This document shows positions 27,232 to 38,542 of a stretch of DNA of 64,000 bases, one piece after another. The notes below the pieces were generated by a model. It did not search any database. It had not been told where the DNA came from and saw nothing but the letters and a program-made list of their open reading frames with translations. The stretch comes from Putridiphycobacter sp. (lineage in GTDB: Bacteria > Bacteroidota > Bacteroidia > Flavobacteriales_D > Crocinitomicaceae), in the NCBI GenBank assembly GCA_965230195.1, contig OZ245997.1, positions 4,302,913 through 4,366,912 on the forward strand. The letters are read 5' to 3'. The position numbers and the translations under genes are program-made. The first letter of the stretch is position 1. The number at the start of each line of letters is the position of its first letter.

Positions 27232-29463
27232 TTATAGTGCATTTCCTAATGCATTATCATAAACATCTTTCATCTCACCAACAAATCCGTAATGTTCATC
27301 ATCAACGCAAATTTTTCCTTTTGTTACGTGTCCCAATAATGTATAAGGTACACCCTGAGACATCATAAACTCAAGAAAATCATTTTCCATATCTTCATTT
27401 ACTGTCACCACTACTCTGCTCTGTGCTTCCCCAAATAAAAAGGCATCTTCTCTTACTTCAGCATCCGACACAATATCAAATCCTAATTCGTTTGGCATTG
27501 CCATCTCTAATAGAGAAATAAATAATCCTCCATCAGCACAGTCATGCGCTGCATTAATTAATTGGTTACCGATTAAGTTTTTTACTGTTTCCTGCAATTC
27601 GTATTCTTTTTCAAGATCAAAATGAGGCGCTGGTGAAGCTTCAATACCGTGATAAGAAACCAGGTACTCAGAAGATGCAATGTCATTTACTGATTCACCA
27701 ACAAGGAAAATCAGGTCACCTTTTGATTTAAAATCCAGACTCATTATTTTTTCCTTATCAGAAATTACACCTATCATACCAATGGTTGGCGTTGGAAATA
27801 CAGGCTCTTCATTTCCGTCCAGTACAGTTTGGTTATAAAAAGAAACATTACCTCCGGTAACCGGTGTTTCAAATTTTAAGCAAGCCGCACTCATTCCTTT
27901 TATGGCACCAACAAATTGCCAGTAGCACTCAGGATTATAAGGATTACCAAAGTTCAAACAGTTAGTTACAGCACTTGGTACACCACCTGAAACCACAATA
28001 TTTCTGGCAGCTTCAGAAACTGCAATCTGAGTTCCGATTTCCGGATCAGCATTTACGTATCTTGAATTACAATCAACGGTCATTGCCAAGGCTCTTCCTG
28101 AATCCTTAATATTTACAATTCCGGCATCAGCAGGACGATTGGTAGTCATAGTTCTTGTCCCTACCATTGAATCGTATTGCTCATATACCCATTTTTTTGA
28201 GGCAATATTTGGGTTTTTAATTAAAGAGATTGCCACTTCTTTTAGATCGGCAGGCTCTTCAACATCATCAATATTAAATTTTTTGTATTCCTGATAATAA
28301 GCAGGTTCTTTATACTCTCTATGATAAACCGGAGCACCTCCACCAAGCACTAATGACTCAGCCGGTACACTGGCTACCTTTTCTCCATTCATAAAATAAT
28401 TAATGATGCCTCCTTCAGTCACTACTCCAATTTGAACAGCATGTAAATCCCATTTTTCAAATATATCCTCAACTACTTTCTCTTTTCCTTTTTCAATCAC
28501 CACTAACATTCTTTCCTGGGATTCTGACAACAGAATTTCCCAATCTTTCATGTTTTCCTGACGGGTTGGTACTTTACTCAAATCGATATCCATCCCTACA
28601 TTATCTCCTGCCGCACTCATCTCACATGAAGAGCAAGTTATTCCTGCTGCTCCCATATCCTGCATCCCAACTACTGCATCAGTTTTAGCTAATTCCAATG
28701 TAGCTTCTAATAATAATTTTTCCTGGAATGGATCTCCCACCTGGACAGAAGGTAAATCGCCAGCAGATTCTTCAGTAATATCTTTAGAAGCAAATGCTGC
28801 TCCCGCAATTCCATCCTTTCCTGTTGCCGACCCTACAATATATACTGGGTTACCAGGACCTGCTGATGTTGCAGAAATCATATCTCCTTCTAATATACCT
28901 GCTGAAAAAGCATTAACCAATGGGTTAGTATTATAACATTTATCAAACATCACCTCTCCACCAATAATTGGAACACCAAAAGAGTTTCCATAATCTCCAA
29001 TTCCTTTTACCACACCTTTTACTAACCATTTAGTACGGTCTTTTTCAATTTCTCCAAATCTCAAAGAATTAAGTTGTGCAATCGGACGGGCGCCCATAGT
29101 AAAAATATCACGGTTAATTCCTCCAACACCAGTTGCTGCTCCCTGATAAGGTTCTAAAGCAGATGGGTGGTTATGGGATTCAATTTTAAAAACGCATCCT
29201 ACTCCGTCACCAATATCAACTAATCCGGCATTCTCTTCTCCCGCTTTTACTAACATATGCGGTCCTTCTTTAGGCAATTTCTTTAACCAGGCAATTGAAT
29301 TTTTATAAGAGCAATGCTCTGACCACATCACAGAATAAACAGATAACTCGGTAAAATTTGGTGTTCGACCCAAAATCTCTTTGATTTTATCAAACTCTCC
29401 AGGCAATAAACCTAATTCTACTGCTTGTTCAACCGTTGCTAATTCTTGCGTATTTTGTTCCAT
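27232..29463 (-). CDS. purL: Phosphoribosylformylglycinamidine synthase subunit PurL
   Basis: 743 aa. Motifs '[12 protein letters not shown]', '[21 protein letters not shown]' and '[10 protein letters not shown]'. The size fits the small PurL type, which works with separate PurQ/PurS subunits (not in this window). Confidence 0.95.
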   Translation of the reverse strand: MEQNTQELATVEQAVELGLLPGEFDKIKEILGRTPNFTELSVYSVMWSEHCSYKNSIAWLKKLPKEGPHMLVKAGEENAGLVDIGDGVGCVFKIESHNHPSALEPYQGAATGVGGINRDIFTMGARPIAQLNSLRFGEIEKDRTKWLVKGVVKGIGDYGNSFGVPIIGGEVMFDKCYNTNPLVNAFSAGILEGDMISATSAGPGNPVYIVGSATGKDGIAGAAFASKDITEESAGDLPSVQVGDPFQEKLLLEATLELAKTDAVVGMQDMGAAGITCSSCEMSAAGDNVGMDIDLSKVPTRQENMKDWEILLSESQERMLVVIEKGKEKVVEDIFEKWDLHAVQIGVVTEGGIINYFMNGEKVASVPAESLVLGGGAPVYHREYKEPAYYQEYKKFNIDDVEEPADLKEVAISLIKNPNIASKKWVYEQYDSMVGTRTMTTNRPADAGIVNIKDSGRALAMTVDCNSRYVNADPEIGTQIAVSEAARNIVVSGGVPSAVTNCLNFGNPYNPECYWQFVGAIKGMSAACLKFETPVTGGNVSFYNQTVLDGNEEPVFPTPTIGMIGVISDKEKIMSLDFKSKGDLIFLVGESVNDIASSEYLVSYHGIEASPAPHFDLEKEYELQETVKNLIGNQLINAAHDCADGGLFISLLEMAMPNELGFDIVSDAEVREDAFLFGEAQSRVVVTVNEDMENDFLEFMMSQGVPYTLLGHVTKGKICVDDEHYGFVGEMKDVYDNALGNAL

Positions 29464-29488
29464 TATTTTGAGGTAAAATATTTAGCGA

Positions 29489-29496
29489 CAAAAATA
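29489..29496 (-). promoter_or_regulatory. Candidate -7 box (TATTTTTG) for purL
   Basis: Matches TAnnTTTG, 25 nt upstream of the purL ATG. Confidence 0.3.
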
Positions 29497-29734
29497 AGTA
29501 TATTTTAAACGAATCGCACCCTTTTTACTAAAAGTTTTCAACTAAGCAAAATAGGCAATACATGGTTAAGTAATTCCTTTTTTTGGTTCAGAGTAGCTTG
29601 TTAATTAATAGTCAAACATTATTGCGATCTTCTTTTACTACCCATCAGTTTGGTAAAACAAAAAAGGAAAAGCTCTTAAAAGACTAAGGACCTAGCTGAC
29701 TAACATTTAAAAACAATTATCAAATTGCCAATAC

Positions 29735-31432
29735 CTAGTGACTAAGAAAGCTAAAATAATCCATCAATACCTTATGGTTATCAACCTGCGAGGTATCTAC
29801 TTCAATTAACTTAGGTCGTTGGTCATCTGAAAAGTTATAAAACTGACTAATTTCCTTTGCCAGTGTTTCGATTGAATCAACTTTACTGTAATGAACATCA
29901 AAGGCCTTGCAGACAAATTCAGCCTTAGCAGAATGCGGCGCGACAAACACTTTATTTTGAGGTGATTTTCTCGGACCCTCCAAAATATTAAAAATGCCTC
30001 CTCCTCCATTGCTGATTAAGATAATTCGTAAATTGGCCGGTAAATAACTATTCCATAACCCGTTTGAATCATAGAAAAACGAAACATCTCCCGTAATCAG
30101 AGTCACCAATTGGTCAGGTTTTGCAACTGCCATACCAACTGCTGTACTTGTACTACCATCAATACCACTTACTCCTCTGTTTGAAAAATAACGTACAGTA
30201 GGAATAATATTAAACAATTGGCAATACCGGATTACCGAACTGTTTCCCATTTGTAGAATTGACGACTCCGGTAAAGTATCCAGCAAATAATCAAAAACCA
30301 ATAAATCGGAATAAGAACAAGTATTCAAAAAGGCATTGTGTTTCTCCAAAGCCATAAAATCTTTTGATTTCCATTGACTGCCATAACTTGAATTAGACTC
30401 ATTATCAATATCAGTAAACAAGCTTAAAACATCAACCGGATTTGATTTTATTGTTTCGGTTTTTGATAAAAAAGTATCCTCATCAATTGTATAATTTCCA
30501 ATTCTCCAATTGTGTTTTGGCCTATTGGTTCTTAAAAAGTGTTTAATTTTTTTTGATACAATTGCTCCTCCAAAACTGATCAACAAATCAGGCTTAAATG
30601 CTTCTATTTCTTCAGGTGAAATCAAAGCTAAGGTACGATCAATAGAGTGACAATATTTATAGTAATTGTGAAGGTTAGAGGTATTTTCAACCAAAATAGC
30701 TACACCACTATCGTTTGTTAACAGATCAATGATTGGTTTGACCACCTCAGTATGTAAAAGCTGACCAATAATGATCATTTTTTTGGGACTTTCCCGCCAA
30801 ATCTGTTGAAGTGTTGCCTTTTTGGTCTCAGGTAAATTATTAGAGTCACTGGTGACTTCAACAGGTTGAGGTATGTAAGAGACCGGCTCTTCTTCCAGGC
30901 TATACAAAGGTTCGTGAAGGGGGATATTAATGTGAACAGGTCCTTTAGGACCATTCTTTAAATCAGTCACTGCATGGCTAACAATAGCATTTGATTCTGC
31001 TAATTCAGATTCCGTTTTTGGTTTTTCAGGCAAATTGTAAAACGATTTACTATAATTCTGATAAATCAATTTTTGGTTAATACACTGACCATCTCCCTGA
31101 TCAATCAGATAAGCTGGCCTGTCAGCTGTTAAAACCAGAAGCGGAATTTCTCTGTAGTAAGCCTCAGAAACAGCAGGAGCATAATTTAATGGTGCGCTTC
31201 CGGAAGTACAAACAATACCAACAGGTTCATTAATAGCCTCAGCAATACCTAAAGCAAAATAGGCTGCGGATCGCTCATCATGAACAACATAAGTTTTGAT
31301 ATCAGGTTGGTTTTCGAATGCAATAACCAAAGGTGCATTTCTTGACCCTGGCGAAATGACAATAGTCCTGATTTTATTAGCGGCTAAAATTTCAGCCAGA
31401 TTGGAGATATGTTTAATATTGGTGGTAGGCAT
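29735..31432 (-). CDS. menD: 2-succinyl-5-enolpyruvyl-6-hydroxy-3-cyclohexene-1-carboxylate synthase
   Basis: 565 aa ThDP enzyme. Motifs 'ISPGSRNAPL', 'DERSAAYFALG' and the ThDP-binding 'GDVSFFYDSNGLW...NGGGGIF'. Confidence 0.85.
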   Translation of the reverse strand: MPTTNIKHISNLAEILAANKIRTIVISPGSRNAPLVIAFENQPDIKTYVVHDERSAAYFALGIAEAINEPVGIVCTSGSAPLNYAPAVSEAYYREIPLLVLTADRPAYLIDQGDGQCINQKLIYQNYSKSFYNLPEKPKTESELAESNAIVSHAVTDLKNGPKGPVHINIPLHEPLYSLEEEPVSYIPQPVEVTSDSNNLPETKKATLQQIWRESPKKMIIIGQLLHTEVVKPIIDLLTNDSGVAILVENTSNLHNYYKYCHSIDRTLALISPEEIEAFKPDLLISFGGAIVSKKIKHFLRTNRPKHNWRIGNYTIDEDTFLSKTETIKSNPVDVLSLFTDIDNESNSSYGSQWKSKDFMALEKHNAFLNTCSYSDLLVFDYLLDTLPESSILQMGNSSVIRYCQLFNIIPTVRYFSNRGVSGIDGSTSTAVGMAVAKPDQLVTLITGDVSFFYDSNGLWNSYLPANLRIILISNGGGGIFNILEGPRKSPQNKVFVAPHSAKAEFVCKAFDVHYSKVDSIETLAKEISQFYNFSDDQRPKLIEVDTSQVDNHKVLMDYFSFLSH

Positions 31433-31439
31433 GGTATTT

Positions 31440-32663
31440 CTACGCAGTATTATTCAATTCAAGGACTGTAATTTCAGGCCAGATTCCTATTCTGCCAGGA
31501 TACCCGATAAAACCAAATCCTCTGTTAATATATAGCTTTTGATTTTTTTCTTCATATAATCCGGCCCATCTGTTATACCTCAATTTAATCGGACTCCATT
31601 TAAAACCATGAGTTTCTATTCCCATCTGTGCACCATGTGTATGTCCGCTCAAGGTTAAATCAATATCAGGATAGTCTTTTATTACCTGATCTTCCCAATG
31701 GGTAGGATCATGAGATAAAAGGATTTTAAAAGGTGCTTCACAACCTTTATAAGCTTTTGCCATATCACCAAATTGATGGAATCCTCTCCCCCAGTTTTCA
31801 ATACCAATTACCCCAATTCGATCACCGTTTTTTTCCAAATAAAAATGCTCATCCAACAATAATTTCCATCCCAGCTTACCATGAATTTGTTTTACTCTTT
31901 CAAAGTTATCAAGCCGGGCTTCATCTGTTTCCCAATCATAATAATCGCCATAATCATGATTTCCTAAAATGGCATAAACACCCATTGGTGCAGTTATCTT
32001 GTCAAAAACATCATAATAATCATCCATTTCTGATGCCAGTTCATTGACAATATCACCGGTAAAAAACACGATATCCGGTTGCTCATCCATAATCATTTGA
32101 ACCCCTCTCATCACGGCCGCTTTATCATAAAAACTACCGGAATGAATATCAGAAATTTGCACAATTTTTAGTCCGTTAAAGGATTCAGGAAGGTTAGCAA
32201 AACTCAATTTTTTTTTATGAATTTTGTATCGATATGCTCCACCAATAACAACCCCTGTAGAAAGAGCTGTTAAAGGTATTCCGGCAGCAATTAAACCGGC
32301 CTTTTGTAAAAATTCTGACCGGCTGATGCCATCTTCTTTTTTTTCTTTGGAACGTGTGAAAAAAAGTATTAGTCGTCTAACATCATCAATTAGTACAAAA
32401 GGTAAAGCAACCAGTTTTGTGAGCAGATTAATGATAAATATACCAACTACAACACTTGTTAAAATCTTCCCGGCATTCTCTCTGAAAAAGAAAATAGAAA
32501 TGGTACTGAATAAAGTTAAAATAAGGATTGTAAAATAAATGGATTTGATCACCTTTCTAAAGGTTGAAGTTTTATTTTTCCAGTATGATTTCAAACCGAA
32601 ATAAACATAAACTTCGATACCAAGAAAAATGAGGATAAAAATGATAAAAGTAAATGAATTCAT
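31440..32663 (-). CDS. Membrane-anchored metallophosphoesterase (YkuE-like)
   Basis: 407 aa. N-terminal TM helices are followed by calcineurin-like motifs 'ISDIHSG', 'GDIVN', 'GNHD' and 'SGHTHGAQ'. Confidence 0.85.
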   Translation of the reverse strand: MNSFTFIIFILIFLGIEVYVYFGLKSYWKNKTSTFRKVIKSIYFTILILTLFSTISIFFFRENAGKILTSVVVGIFIINLLTKLVALPFVLIDDVRRLILFFTRSKEKKEDGISRSEFLQKAGLIAAGIPLTALSTGVVIGGAYRYKIHKKKLSFANLPESFNGLKIVQISDIHSGSFYDKAAVMRGVQMIMDEQPDIVFFTGDIVNELASEMDDYYDVFDKITAPMGVYAILGNHDYGDYYDWETDEARLDNFERVKQIHGKLGWKLLLDEHFYLEKNGDRIGVIGIENWGRGFHQFGDMAKAYKGCEAPFKILLSHDPTHWEDQVIKDYPDIDLTLSGHTHGAQMGIETHGFKWSPIKLRYNRWAGLYEEKNQKLYINRGFGFIGYPGRIGIWPEITVLELNNTA

Positions 32664-32744
32664 GAAAATTGAAATGTAAATTTAAGTGATAAGGATGATT
32701 TTAAAATATCATGATATAATTATGTAAAAAGACTAAGTCATAGA

Positions 32745-33326
32745 TTATTGTTTGGTCACTAATTCCAAAACTCTTTTGGCCTGATAGATATGACGTTCAT
32801 TATGATAAACCATAAACAACAGTGCATCTCCAAGATTCAGTTTTACAACGGGCCTGAGCGATAATGGTACCTTGGTCTTTCTTAAATCAACACTCTCAAC
32901 CTCTTTTAAGAGTACAATAAAATCTTTACAATGTTCAAGGTACTCTTTGATTGTATTCTCAGTTGAAAGCGATTTATTAACCAACGGATTATAATCTTTA
33001 GGAGATTTTAGCTTTCGCTTTACGTTTTTCACCTTACCTAATTTAACCGACCGGTACACTGCTCTTCCCAAGGGACTGCTTATAAAATAATCTGAAGGAT
33101 CGGTAAAACGGGTATTCATCATTTTACCTCTGAAAACGGGAATGTAATATCTAAAATAAGCGTTCAGATGCTCAATACACTGAGCTGCACTCCAGCTCCT
33201 CTCATTTAGTTGCGTATTGAGTTCGTCTTCAGAAAAACCGGCGATATTATTCTCCACCTCAGCATAAAAACTTTGAGTTAATGCCGAAAGGCGATTTAGT
33301 AAAATATCAACCTGAGTTTTTTTCAT
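32745..33326 (-). CDS. DinB family protein
   Basis: 193 aa. 'WSAAQCIEHL' and 'FMVYHNERHIYQAKRVL' supply the conserved His residues of the DinB fold. Confidence 0.65.
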   Translation of the reverse strand: MKKTQVDILLNRLSALTQSFYAEVENNIAGFSEDELNTQLNERSWSAAQCIEHLNAYFRYYIPVFRGKMMNTRFTDPSDYFISSPLGRAVYRSVKLGKVKNVKRKLKSPKDYNPLVNKSLSTENTIKEYLEHCKDFIVLLKEVESVDLRKTKVPLSLRPVVKLNLGDALLFMVYHNERHIYQAKRVLELVTKQ

Positions 33327-33457
33327 AGTTTTCTAACAGCACAAAGTTAAGCTAAATCTGATTACTGAACATGAAATTATTAAGAATTTTAGCTAATACT
33401 GGATTATGACAAGATTAATCACTAATTTTCGTATTTTTTCAACAGACTAATACAATT

Positions 33458-36400
33458 ATGGATCAAAAGAAATTCGGTACTTTCGCTGGTGTTTTCACCC
33501 CTTCAATCTTAACAATACTAGGGGTAATGATGTACCTGCGATTCGGTCAGGTAGTCGGTAATGCCGGATTATGGGGGTCTATTATAATTATAATCATTGC
33601 CCATGTTATATCCATTTCCACAGGTTTAAGTGTTTCTTCTATTGCTACGGATAAAAAAGTAGGTGCAGGTGGCGTTTATTATGTATTATCCCGTAGTTTG
33701 GGCTTACCCATTGGAGGATCGTTAGGGACTACTCTTTTTGTCGCCACAGCTTTTAGTATTGCACTTTACATGGTAGGGTTTGCAGAAGTTTTTATTTCTT
33801 CAATAAATATAAACATGCTGGAGGTTATTGGTGAAGGTGATGTTAAAACCTATTTTATTGATGATCCCGGCTCTTTTTTCGACGGTTGGTCCTTTATTAA
33901 TTTTGTACGTTTAATTGCCAGTCTTGGTCTGCTGCTTCTTACAATAATAGCATTGATCAGTACTTCTATTGCTATCAAAACGCAATTCCTTATCCTGGCC
34001 CTGATTATCATTTCACTCGTCGCCATTGGAATCGGAGATGTGAGTCTGGTAACTAACGTTACAAAAGATCAGGTCAATCCTGATAATCTACTGGATTACT
34101 TTGGCGTTTTTGCCTTATTCTTCCCTGCTGTTACAGGTTTTACAGCAGGCGTGGCCATGTCGGGAGATTTAAAAGACCCTAAAAGATCTATTCCACGCGG
34201 TACCATGTGGTCTATTATTGTAGGGTTTATTATTTACATGGCCTTAGCGCTATTTATTCATTTTAACTTTTCGGAACATACATTAATAGAAAACAGGGAC
34301 ATTTTTTATGAAATTACACTGTTTGGCGGAATTTTTGTGATTTTGGGAGCTGCCGGAGCTACTTTATCTTCAGCGCTTGGCGGTATTCTGGGAGGGCCAA
34401 GAATCCTTCAGGCCATGTCGATTGATAAAATTACACCTAAACTATTTGCCAAAGGTGTTGGAAAAGATAATGAACCCAGAAATGCCCTGATCCTGACCGT
34501 GATTATTGCTGAAGCTGGTATCCTGATCGGGGAACTAAATTTAATTGCAGAGATCGTTTCCATGTTTTATCTGGCGGCTTACGGTTTCATTAACCTGTCA
34601 TTCTTTTTGGAAAGCTGGGCCAGTGCTGATTTTAACCCCAGCTTTAAAGTCAAAAAATGGATTGGACTTATTGGTTTTATTGCCACTTTCACAATCATGT
34701 CCCAACTCAATATGTTAGCCATGGTGGCTGCTTTTGTCATTATTGTTGGAATTTACTTTTACTTAAACAAAAAGCAGGTTTCATTGGGTACCGGTGATAT
34801 CTGGCAATCAGTTTGGTCAACCATTGTGAAGAAGGGATTGAGAAAGATGGAAGCGTCAAATGACCACAAAAGAAACTGGAAGCCTAATATTTTATTGTTT
34901 AGCGGTGGAACGGCTGACCGTGTAAAATTCATTGAATTCAGTAAAGCAGTTTCGGGTCAAACGGGAATCATCACCAATTTTGATCTGATTGAAAACACTG
35001 AAGCCAAGGTCCTGTTTCCGAAACATAAACAAACGGTGCAGGATGATGACCTTGAGAAGTATGGTATTTTTGGACGGCGAATAGAAGTTCAAAATGAATT
35101 TAAAGGTATAGAAAGTATAGCCAGTACTTTTGGTTTTTCAGGTATTGAACCTAATACTACATTAATTCCCTGGCCAGGTGAAACTAAAGACCCGGTATGG
35201 TTTACCGAAATGACGCAAAAGTTAATTGATTTGGATTATAATGTCCTATACCTGGATTATGACAAACGTTGGGGATTCAGAAAAAAAGAACAAATAGACC
35301 TGTGGTGGCGTGGTGTGAGTAATCATGCGGAATTGATGCTGAGTCTTGTAAAGTTCATCAGTACTTCTACAGACTGGGTGAAGGCAAGTATCAGAATCCT
35401 TTTGGTAAACGACACAAACACTGAGAACCAAATTATTGAAAAACGTATCCAACAGGTTGTTGATCAGTTCAGAATTAAATGTCAAATTAAAATCATTTCC
35501 AATTCAATTGATCAGATTCCAATTTATGAATTAATGAAAATTCATTCAGAAGAGGCTGATCTGGTTTTTGTGAGCATTCCTGAAATAACCGATCCGGAAA
35601 GCTTTATACAAAAAACAAATGAATTAGTGAATACCATTGGTACCACGTTATTAGTAAAAGCGTCCAGTCATTTTGACGAAACTGATTTAAAGGTTGAAAC
35701 CATTGAACTTAAACAAGATATTAAGGTGGTTAAACAAACCGAACAGCAACCACTTGCCACCTTCAGGGATTCATCTTTGACTAATACTATACAGGAAATT
35801 GATACCGATTGGGATAATATTTTTGTTTCCAAATTACAGAAATCGGTAGAGAACATAGAAAAATACCTTCATAAGCAAATTGCTAAAAATCAGGATCAAC
35901 TCACTCAGTTTCTTGACCAACTTGTGGAAGAAAGTGAAACAGACATCTGGAAAGATATTGATGAGATATTAAATAAAACCAAACAGATATATATTGATGA
36001 TATAGAGTTTCAACTTCCTGATATTTACCAGGAATTTAACCAATCTGTTGATGATTATATCTTCCACAAAACCGAATCGATTATTGAGTCTCCTGTAAAA
36101 ATTAACCTGGAAAACAGGGTGAACAATAAAGGAGAAAATATTTCAAGGTCTACACGCATCAGATTCAGAAAGTACCTTGAAAGACTTTGGGAAACCGGTT
36201 TAAGACCTCAACTACACCAACAATTATTAGAATTTGGTTACCAAAATTATATTCTGTTACATCAAAGTAAAAATACACTTCATCATGCCATACGATTGTT
36301 TGTTGATCAAATTTCCCAAAAACAAGACTTTAAAACCAGTGTTGAAAAATGTAAGGAGGAGTTAAGCTCAAAGTTTTCTGAAATTGATGAACGCTCATTA

Positions 36401-38542
36401 AATTTAACCTCAGAATTATATAAAAATCTCAGAAATTCTGATCGTGCCCTACTTGAAAAGTTAGGCGGTACATTGGAAAAATTAGGATATAGGAGAGAAA
36501 TTCAGGAGAAGTTTACTTACCTGCCATCAGCGGAAGAAAAACATGTTTCTCACGGACTGACCAATTTTTCAGGTTACTGGAACAGAAATTTAGTGTTGTT
36601 CACATTACACCTCCAATCTGATATCTACCTGATTCAGTATATGGCTAAAATTGAAAAAATATTGAGCCAGGTAATACAAAATACTGAGCATGATTATATC
36701 AATTTAATCCACGAAAACATTGAAATTTGTCATCAGAATATCAACAATATTACAAACCTTATTAATACTGGTAAAACGGATGATATTCACCAATATTCTC
36801 CTGACCTGTTAAGGGATATTTATTTTAATCTCGAAGGTTCAATTCAATATGTATTAGAGCAATTGCAGGATGCACTTGATCATATCCCGGAAGAAGTGGA
36901 ATTGATGAATGCCCATTCTGTAAATAACATTAGAAAAACACAAGGTAAATCAGTCGAAACCATTAAAATTCAACTGGATGACATTACTGATTACCTGACA
37001 AAAATCCACTTTTTTAAACCTTTTCAGGATCAGATTACAAATTATATAGTTCAATTAAAAAAGGGAGTGGCATTATTACTGAACAGTACCTATAAGATTC
37101 AACTGGAACTGGAGAATTTTGCAAAAACCAATGAAATGTCTCCATTTCAGACAGCTATTGAATCTTCTACCAAAGATCTTGAAGAGAGTAAAGACTATAT
37201 TGATTCTGTTCATAAAGGTTTTATTATTGAACTCAACCTGATTAAAGCTAATTTGGGAGAAAACCTTGATATTAATAAAATCATTGAACAATACGAAACA
37301 CTTTACCCCGAGGCCAAGTCAGAATCTAAATCCAAACGTATCAGAGGGCAGATTAAACAGTACAGATCTTCTGTTACGAAAAGAATCAGTTCGGTGGTTT
37401 CGAAAGTGGTTCAGCGTAAACAAGATGTGGACGTTCTGGACTACAACGATAAATATAAAGCTGTTCTAAGCCCTATTAATATTTTCCAGAATTTCTTTAA
37501 TCAGATCCATATTAATGATGAAGTATCTGAAACATTACCTTTTTATTATCATCAATTGTTCACTGGTAAACATTTTTCAGATACCCAATCGGTTAAAAAC
37601 CGAAAACATGAAATTGAAGAGACTAAGAAAGCAATTTCCAGAATTAAATCCGGTATATCGGGTGGAATTTTGGTTCTTGGAGAATCATTGTCAGGCAAAT
37701 CCTTTTTAGCCAGTCATATTGCTCACCACCTTTTAAGTGATCGGACTATTTACAGAATTAAGTTACAACGTAACAAAAAGAAAGGCAGCCAGTTTTTAAC
37801 TAAAGCTTTCCAAAATGCGACCGGTATTCAAAAAGGAATTCCTACCATTATGACTAAAGTGCCGTCGCACAGCATTTTTATTATTGAAGATCTTGAAAAA
37901 TGGTGGTTAAATGCACAAAACGGTGACCAATTGATTAACGAAATCAGTAGAATATTAAATACCTACGGAAGCTCGCATTATTTTGTGCTTACAGCCAATC
38001 TTTATGCCTATCGTCTCATTAAAGACCAGACACATATCGGAGAAAATATTGTCGGATCAATTTTACTGAATCCACTATCAAATATTGAAATTAGAGATGT
38101 TATAGAAGGCAGGCATTTACTTGGAGGCATGACCTATGTTTACAGAAATGTACCTGAAAATTTCTTGTCAAAATCAAAACAGGTTACTCTGCTTAACAAG
38201 TTTTACACCTTGTCGAAGGGTAATGTTGGACTGGCATTAAGGTTGTGGATCAGTTCAATTGAAAACGTTGATGAAAATAAAATTGAAATTTCACCTGCTT
38301 CCCGACTGGAATTTCCTGTTCTTCCTAACGAAATTTGGCAAAGTTTAATTTATCAGTTCCAGGTTCACCAGCAATTGTATAAGCATGAACTATATAAAAT
38401 TTACGGAGATGGGAACAAGGACTGGATCAACCGTAATTTAACGGAATTGGTCAAATCCGGCTTGTTGAGAAATCCTGAAAAGGATTTTTACGAAATGCCA
38501 TCAGATGTAAGATATTTTATTGAAAAAGATTTATATGAGTAA
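33458..38542 (+). CDS. Fusion protein: SLC12/CCC-type (APC superfamily) ion transporter + CCC cytoplasmic domain + ~650-aa helical region + C-terminal P-loop NTPase
   Basis: One uninterrupted 1694-aa ORF. The N-terminus 'FGTFAGVFTPSILTILGVMMYLRFGQVVGNAG' and about 12 TM segments are CCC-like. 'NWKPNILLFSGG' (from 34874) opens the CCC C-terminal domain, which ends near 35690. Walker A 'VLGESLSGKSFL' has its GESLSGKS core at 37679-37702. Walker B 'IFIIEDLEKWW' has its core at 37874-37891. Confidence 0.8.
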   Translation: MDQKKFGTFAGVFTPSILTILGVMMYLRFGQVVGNAGLWGSIIIIIIAHVISISTGLSVSSIATDKKVGAGGVYYVLSRSLGLPIGGSLGTTLFVATAFSIALYMVGFAEVFISSININMLEVIGEGDVKTYFIDDPGSFFDGWSFINFVRLIASLGLLLLTIIALISTSIAIKTQFLILALIIISLVAIGIGDVSLVTNVTKDQVNPDNLLDYFGVFALFFPAVTGFTAGVAMSGDLKDPKRSIPRGTMWSIIVGFIIYMALALFIHFNFSEHTLIENRDIFYEITLFGGIFVILGAAGATLSSALGGILGGPRILQAMSIDKITPKLFAKGVGKDNEPRNALILTVIIAEAGILIGELNLIAEIVSMFYLAAYGFINLSFFLESWASADFNPSFKVKKWIGLIGFIATFTIMSQLNMLAMVAAFVIIVGIYFYLNKKQVSLGTGDIWQSVWSTIVKKGLRKMEASNDHKRNWKPNILLFSGGTADRVKFIEFSKAVSGQTGIITNFDLIENTEAKVLFPKHKQTVQDDDLEKYGIFGRRIEVQNEFKGIESIASTFGFSGIEPNTTLIPWPGETKDPVWFTEMTQKLIDLDYNVLYLDYDKRWGFRKKEQIDLWWRGVSNHAELMLSLVKFISTSTDWVKASIRILLVNDTNTENQIIEKRIQQVVDQFRIKCQIKIISNSIDQIPIYELMKIHSEEADLVFVSIPEITDPESFIQKTNELVNTIGTTLLVKASSHFDETDLKVETIELKQDIKVVKQTEQQPLATFRDSSLTNTIQEIDTDWDNIFVSKLQKSVENIEKYLHKQIAKNQDQLTQFLDQLVEESETDIWKDIDEILNKTKQIYIDDIEFQLPDIYQEFNQSVDDYIFHKTESIIESPVKINLENRVNNKGENISRSTRIRFRKYLERLWETGLRPQLHQQLLEFGYQNYILLHQSKNTLHHAIRLFVDQISQKQDFKTSVEKCKEELSSKFSEIDERSLNLTSELYKNLRNSDRALLEKLGGTLEKLGYRREIQEKFTYLPSAEEKHVSHGLTNFSGYWNRNLVLFTLHLQSDIYLIQYMAKIEKILSQVIQNTEHDYINLIHENIEICHQNINNITNLINTGKTDDIHQYSPDLLRDIYFNLEGSIQYVLEQLQDALDHIPEEVELMNAHSVNNIRKTQGKSVETIKIQLDDITDYLTKIHFFKPFQDQITNYIVQLKKGVALLLNSTYKIQLELENFAKTNEMSPFQTAIESSTKDLEESKDYIDSVHKGFIIELNLIKANLGENLDINKIIEQYETLYPEAKSESKSKRIRGQIKQYRSSVTKRISSVVSKVVQRKQDVDVLDYNDKYKAVLSPINIFQNFFNQIHINDEVSETLPFYYHQLFTGKHFSDTQSVKNRKHEIEETKKAISRIKSGISGGILVLGESLSGKSFLASHIAHHLLSDRTIYRIKLQRNKKKGSQFLTKAFQNATGIQKGIPTIMTKVPSHSIFIIEDLEKWWLNAQNGDQLINEISRILNTYGSSHYFVLTANLYAYRLIKDQTHIGENIVGSILLNPLSNIEIRDVIEGRHLLGGMTYVYRNVPENFLSKSKQVTLLNKFYTLSKGNVGLALRLWISSIENVDENKIEISPASRLEFPVLPNEIWQSLIYQFQVHQQLYKHELYKIYGDGNKDWINRNLTELVKSGLLRNPEKDFYEMPSDVRYFIEKDLYE

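Noticed and set aside
29806-30009. Same-strand nested ORFs in other frames (29806-30009 in menD, 19863-20072 in gldG, 22804-23028 in the OmpA gene, 25632-25826 in the CAP gene, 59964-60224 in the adhesin, 37266-37709 in the fusion gene)
   Set aside because: They are short, lie inside strongly supported genes, and have no independent motifs or start signals.
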